DNA of 43,649 nucleotides from a virus: IMG/VR virus record IMGVR_UViG_3300011742_000001, positions 1 to 43,649 of that record; one strand, 5' to 3'. Shown piece by piece: positions 41,024 to 43,649 of this stretch (position 1 is its first letter; each line of letters starts with the position of its first letter). The notes under the pieces were generated by a model. It saw only the letters and a program-made list of their open reading frames with translations, ran no database searches and was not told where the DNA came from. The position numbers and the translations under genes were made by a program.

Positions 41024-41051
41024 TTGACGTATGTTTTCCGCGTGGTAAATT
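41024..41051 (+). promoter_or_regulatory. PL-like early promoter: TTGACG - 16 nt - TAAATT
   Basis: -35 at 41024-29 and -10 at 41046-51. The -10 element is embedded in the palindrome GGTAAATTTACC. It lies upstream of the plus-strand early operon. Confidence 0.55.
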
Positions 41052-41055
41052 TACC
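41044..41055. promoter_or_regulatory. Perfect 12-bp palindrome GGTAAATTTACC; a candidate repressor operator overlapping the -10 element
   Basis: Read directly. Related half-sites are at 40975-80, 40990-95 and 41010-15. The same motif family occurs between cI and cro. Confidence 0.55.
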
Positions 41056-41243
41056 TCAACGCAACACACAACGCCGGACACGCCGGCTAGGACGGGGAAG
41101 CCGAAGCTTTCTCCCAGCCCCCGCAAGGGGATCGACTGGCGACTGGACAGGAAGTCCGACGAGCTCTTTAGCAACGGATGAATCACTGAAGCGCCTTCGA
41201 CAAGAGGGCGCTTTGGGATGACACCCCGAGAAAGGAGATTCAC

Positions 41244-41606
41244 ATGGACACGATCCAAGTAGAGGGCTGGCAAGGTCGCCTTGGTCAAGGCCTGGCTCCT
41301 CGGCAGCTCCTGGCAACGATGCTTTCGATGCTGGACCTGAAGGTGAACGAGATCGCCGAGCGCATGAACTGTGCGCCATCGACGGCAGAGAAAACGCTAG
41401 ACCGCGCCCGCTTCAAGCTGGGCGCCAAGACGAACCGCGGCCTTATCGCCGAAGCCATGCGCCGGGGAATCATCGCCCCGCTGGTCCTGGCGTTATTCGT
41501 AGGCGGAGAGCACGCACAGGTCCGCCCGATACGCCGCCCAGACGCCCCCAGGACGCAGCTAGTAGTCAGGGCTCAGCGACTGGATGAGGCGCAGTTGGCT
41601 GCCTAG
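41244..41606 (+). CDS. LuxR/GerE-type HTH protein; first gene of the plus-strand early operon
   Basis: LAPRQLLATMLSMLDLKVNEIAERMNCAPSTAEKTLDRARFKLGAKTNRGLIAEAMRRGII is a GerE-type HTH. AAAGGAG SD. Confidence 0.75.
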   Translation: MDTIQVEGWQGRLGQGLAPRQLLATMLSMLDLKVNEIAERMNCAPSTAEKTLDRARFKLGAKTNRGLIAEAMRRGIIAPLVLALFVGGEHAQVRPIRRPDAPRTQLVVRAQRLDEAQLAA

Positions 41607-41643
41607 CCGCCCATGGGCACCCATCAGCACATAGGAGGATGAG

Positions 41644-41832
41644 ATGAGCGAATGGATAAGCGTTGATGAGCGTGTGCCGGATGAACACAAGGCTGAATAC
41701 CTATGCTTGTTCAGTGATGGCCACCAGCAGGTCAGTGAATGGCTTCACGATGAAATTCAGGGATGGGTCTTCTGGTACGGCGATCCGACGCACTGGATGC
41801 CACTTCCCCCGCCCCCGGGCACCCCATGCTAA
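41644..41832 (+). CDS. DUF551-domain protein
   Basis: WISVDERVPDEH...GWVFWYGDPTHWMPLPPPP is the DUF551 signature. AGGAGGA SD. Confidence 0.8.
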   Translation: MSEWISVDERVPDEHKAEYLCLFSDGHQQVSEWLHDEIQGWVFWYGDPTHWMPLPPPPGTPC

Positions 41833-42119
41833 CCCTACCCCAAACCCTCCTCCTCATCTGCGTACTAGCTGCGCTGTGGGGGTGGGAGTGGTGGAGAGAG
41901 AAACCCTGAGCCAGCCAGACCAGACCCTAACGGGCCTGTAATAACCGAGGGCGCCCGGTGCTGGTAGCGCCATGACCATCAGCTGGAGCCGATCCGGCGT
42001 CACGGAAGACAACTCCTGCCTAGCGCCTGCCGGGAATCGGTAGCAGGCATTCATTCCATCGCCCATCCGGGCACACCCACTCAATCGAAACGCTGCGCAG
42101 GACGCGGCATGGAGAGCTT

Positions 42120-42392
42120 ATGTCTGCAAGAACCTACCCGTACAAAGCATGGGCGCTGACGCCTTCGTTCAAACCAGTCGAGATTGAACTGGTGAGCAAC
42201 TACGGCATGCATCACGACGAGACGGCGAAAGGGAAGATCTACAACGCCTATCACGAACTGTATCCGACAAAGGCGGCAGCCATAGCAGCCGGCCGCAAGA
42301 AGATCGACGAGCAGCAGGCCGAGACCGCAAAGCGCCTGGAGCGAATCAACAAGCGTATCGCTGCGCTCGACAAGGCTGAGCTCGAAGCCTAA
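42120..42392 (+). CDS. Hypothetical protein (90 aa)
   Basis: GGAGAG SD. Balanced composition. Confidence 0.7.
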   Translation: MSARTYPYKAWALTPSFKPVEIELVSNYGMHHDETAKGKIYNAYHELYPTKAAAIAAGRKKIDEQQAETAKRLERINKRIAALDKAELEA

Positions 42393-42424
42393 CCCCGCCC
42401 ATCCGGGCAACCGAGGTATCCACC

Positions 42425-42787
42425 ATGAAGCACTACGGACCCATAGGGCGCCGCGAACAGCCGTGCCCGGATGACAACGTTTCCGATGAAGACACCGTTC
42501 GCGCCGCGCTAGACGAATACGACGCCGACACCCTTGCAGCCTACTCCGCATTCGCCTCCGACAAGCTGGATCAGCCGATTGAGCTGGTCGCCTCGCTTGT
42601 TCCCGGGCTGGTCGGACATCAGCGCTGGGAGAGCCACAGAGGCCTGATCGGGCGATTCAACCCAGAGCTGGCGGAGTACCTGAACGTCATCGCCTACGAC
42701 ATCGACAAGCTCCAGGCGGCCTTCATCGAACACCACGCGGCGCAGTTGCGCAGCAAGGCAGAGCAGATCAAGCAGGAGGCGGCATGA
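42425..42787 (+). CDS. Hypothetical protein (120 aa)
   Basis: GAGG SD. Acidic protein. Confidence 0.7.
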   Translation: MKHYGPIGRREQPCPDDNVSDEDTVRAALDEYDADTLAAYSAFASDKLDQPIELVASLVPGLVGHQRWESHRGLIGRFNPELAEYLNVIAYDIDKLQAAFIEHHAAQLRSKAEQIKQEAA

Positions 42788-43017
42788 GCAAGGAAGTGAA
42801 GCGGTACGGCATGTGCGGATTCGAGTCGGGCATCGTGGAGATGGAAGACGGGCCGTATGTTGACGCGGACGACTACGAAGCCCTTCTCGCTGAGCGGGAT
42901 TCGTTGAAACAGCTACTGGCCGAAACGCGCACCTCAATGATCGAGGCAATCCATTGGGAGGATTTGACTCCAGTGAGAAAGCGCATCGAAACAGCCCTGC
43001 AAGGAGAGCAGCCATGA
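42784..43017 (+). CDS. Hypothetical protein (77 aa)
   Basis: ATGA coupling to the upstream ORF. Confidence 0.7.
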   Translation: MSKEVKRYGMCGFESGIVEMEDGPYVDADDYEALLAERDSLKQLLAETRTSMIEAIHWEDLTPVRKRIETALQGEQP

Positions 43018-43253
43018 GCATTCACAGCCTGAAGCATGACGCCCATATTCGCCATCCGAGCCTACCTAAAGCCAGCTGGATCAGCGTCGACTTTCGATGC
43101 TTCTCACTGCGCCGGCCGCGCTTCATGAAGATGCGGATGGCGAATGCAGCGAGCTTTTGGGTGTTCGGCATCAGCGTCGTCATCCGCAGGCCATGGCTTG
43201 CCGGCCCAGCCCGACAGCTTCATCCCGAGCTTTTCGAAGGAGAGCAGCCATGA
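43014..43253 (+). CDS. Hypothetical protein (79 aa), weakly supported
   Basis: ATGA coupling at both ends and fairly high third-position GC. The composition is Arg-rich, with one hydrophobic segment. Confidence 0.45.
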   Translation: MSIHSLKHDAHIRHPSLPKASWISVDFRCFSLRRPRFMKMRMANAASFWVFGISVVIRRPWLAGPARQLHPELFEGEQP

Positions 43254-43348
43254 CCCTGAAGAACCTAGCCGGCGCCTTCCTGCTGTATGGCGGAGTGGCG
43301 CCTTTCTTAGCGGCTCTCGCCTACGTGGCGCTATTGGGGGGTGTGTGA
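43250..43348 (+). CDS. Tiny membrane peptide (32 aa)
   Basis: MTLKNLAGAFLLYGGVAPFLAALAYVALLGGV. It has the same SD/start junction sequence as the previous gene. Confidence 0.4.
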   Translation: MTLKNLAGAFLLYGGVAPFLAALAYVALLGGV

Positions 43349-43479
43349 TGGCTAGCCAAAGACAACGATCCCTGCGCTACGCATGGTGGCGGGGCTTCGC
43401 AGTGACCCTTGCACTAATCACCGGCTGGGCTCTCGCTCACGGCCTTGCAGATCGAATCACCAACGGGGCTCAGCTATGA
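43348..43479 (+). CDS. Tiny membrane protein (43 aa)
   Basis: MASQRQRSLRYAWWRGFAVTLALITGWALAHGLADRITNGAQL. TGATG overlap upstream and ATGA overlap downstream. Confidence 0.45.
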   Translation: MASQRQRSLRYAWWRGFAVTLALITGWALAHGLADRITNGAQL

Positions 43480-43649
43480 GCATGATCGAAGTGAAGACCT
43501 CCGAACTGGAAGGCGCGGCGCTTGATTGGGCAGTAGCGAAGGCACTCAACCTCACTCTGAGGCATCAGCAGCGCAATGGATGCCACGCCGCTGGATATCA
43601 CGCAGTTGGTAAGGCATACGGCTACATCTGGTACGACACGCAACCGAAT
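43476..43649 (+). CDS. 5' part of the DUF2591/NinX-like protein; continues at nt 107 of the window after removing the 106-nt duplicate
   Basis: ATG 43476 overlaps the upstream TGA. The ORF runs off the window end in frame with 2..355. Confidence 0.75.
   Translation, partial: MSMIEVKTSELEGAALDWAVAKALNLTLRHQQRNGCHAAGYHAVGKAYGYIWYDTQPN
43544..43649. repeat. Second copy of the 106-nt terminal direct repeat
   Basis: Identical to nt 1-106. Confidence 0.95.

Noticed and set aside
1..43649. CRISPR arrays, tRNA or rRNA genes, insertion sequences or transposase genes
   Set aside because: None were seen: no regularly spaced repeats, no cloverleaf-like segments and no transposase-like ORFs. The only mobile-element-like units are the two HNH endonuclease genes.

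Overview
The window reads as a complete, circularly closed temperate siphovirus genome with lambdoid organisation. The first 106 nt are identical to the last 106 nt, so the unique length is 43,543 bp. It is GC-rich, and the aca1 homologue and overall gene content point to a Pseudomonas host; that host assignment is inference.

Layout:
- **Immunity region:** a divergent cI (39564..40301, +) / cro-like (39252..39464, -) switch. A second operator/promoter region sits at about 40975-41055.
- **Plus-strand early operon:** it runs from about 41244 across the contig junction to int (6910..8091). It carries a LuxR-type HTH gene, DUF551, small ORFs, a NinX-like gene, a Rad52/Sak-like annealase, Gp157, SSB, nucleases, an HNH endonuclease, a DfrB-like fusion protein, xis and int.
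- **Minus-strand operon:** it runs from cro through O-like/DnaB replication genes and a Nin-like region (NinB, YbcO-like, DUF3310, RuvC, metallophosphoesterase). It continues through a putative late regulator and then the late genes: lambda-S-like holin, TerS/TerL, portal, MuF, scaffold, capsid, connectors, tail tube, G/GT chaperones, tape measure, M/L/K/J-like tip proteins, an SGNH tailspike, endolysin, a lipoprotein and DUF1353.
- **attP:** it lies just after int (about 8067-8260).

Most interesting observations:
1. An acr-aca1-type operon next to attP. It has a strong promoter with a palindromic operator, and a 56-aa very acidic ORF that I cannot place in any Acr family I remember.
2. A protein whose C-terminal 56 aa is about 60% identical to the plasmid R67 (DfrB) trimethoprim-resistant DHFR, with the pore residues conserved.
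3. An AT-rich HNH cassette that replaced the 5' end of the endolysin gene and left the original GC-rich 5' end as a remnant.
4. An HTH-less paralogue of the cI S24 C-terminal domain co-oriented downstream of cI, in the rexAB-like position.
5. A BamE-like lipoprotein moron between the tail chaperones and the tape measure gene.

All homology statements are by-eye matches to sequences and motifs recalled from memory. No searches, GC calculations or folding calculations were run. No tRNA, rRNA or CRISPR array was seen.
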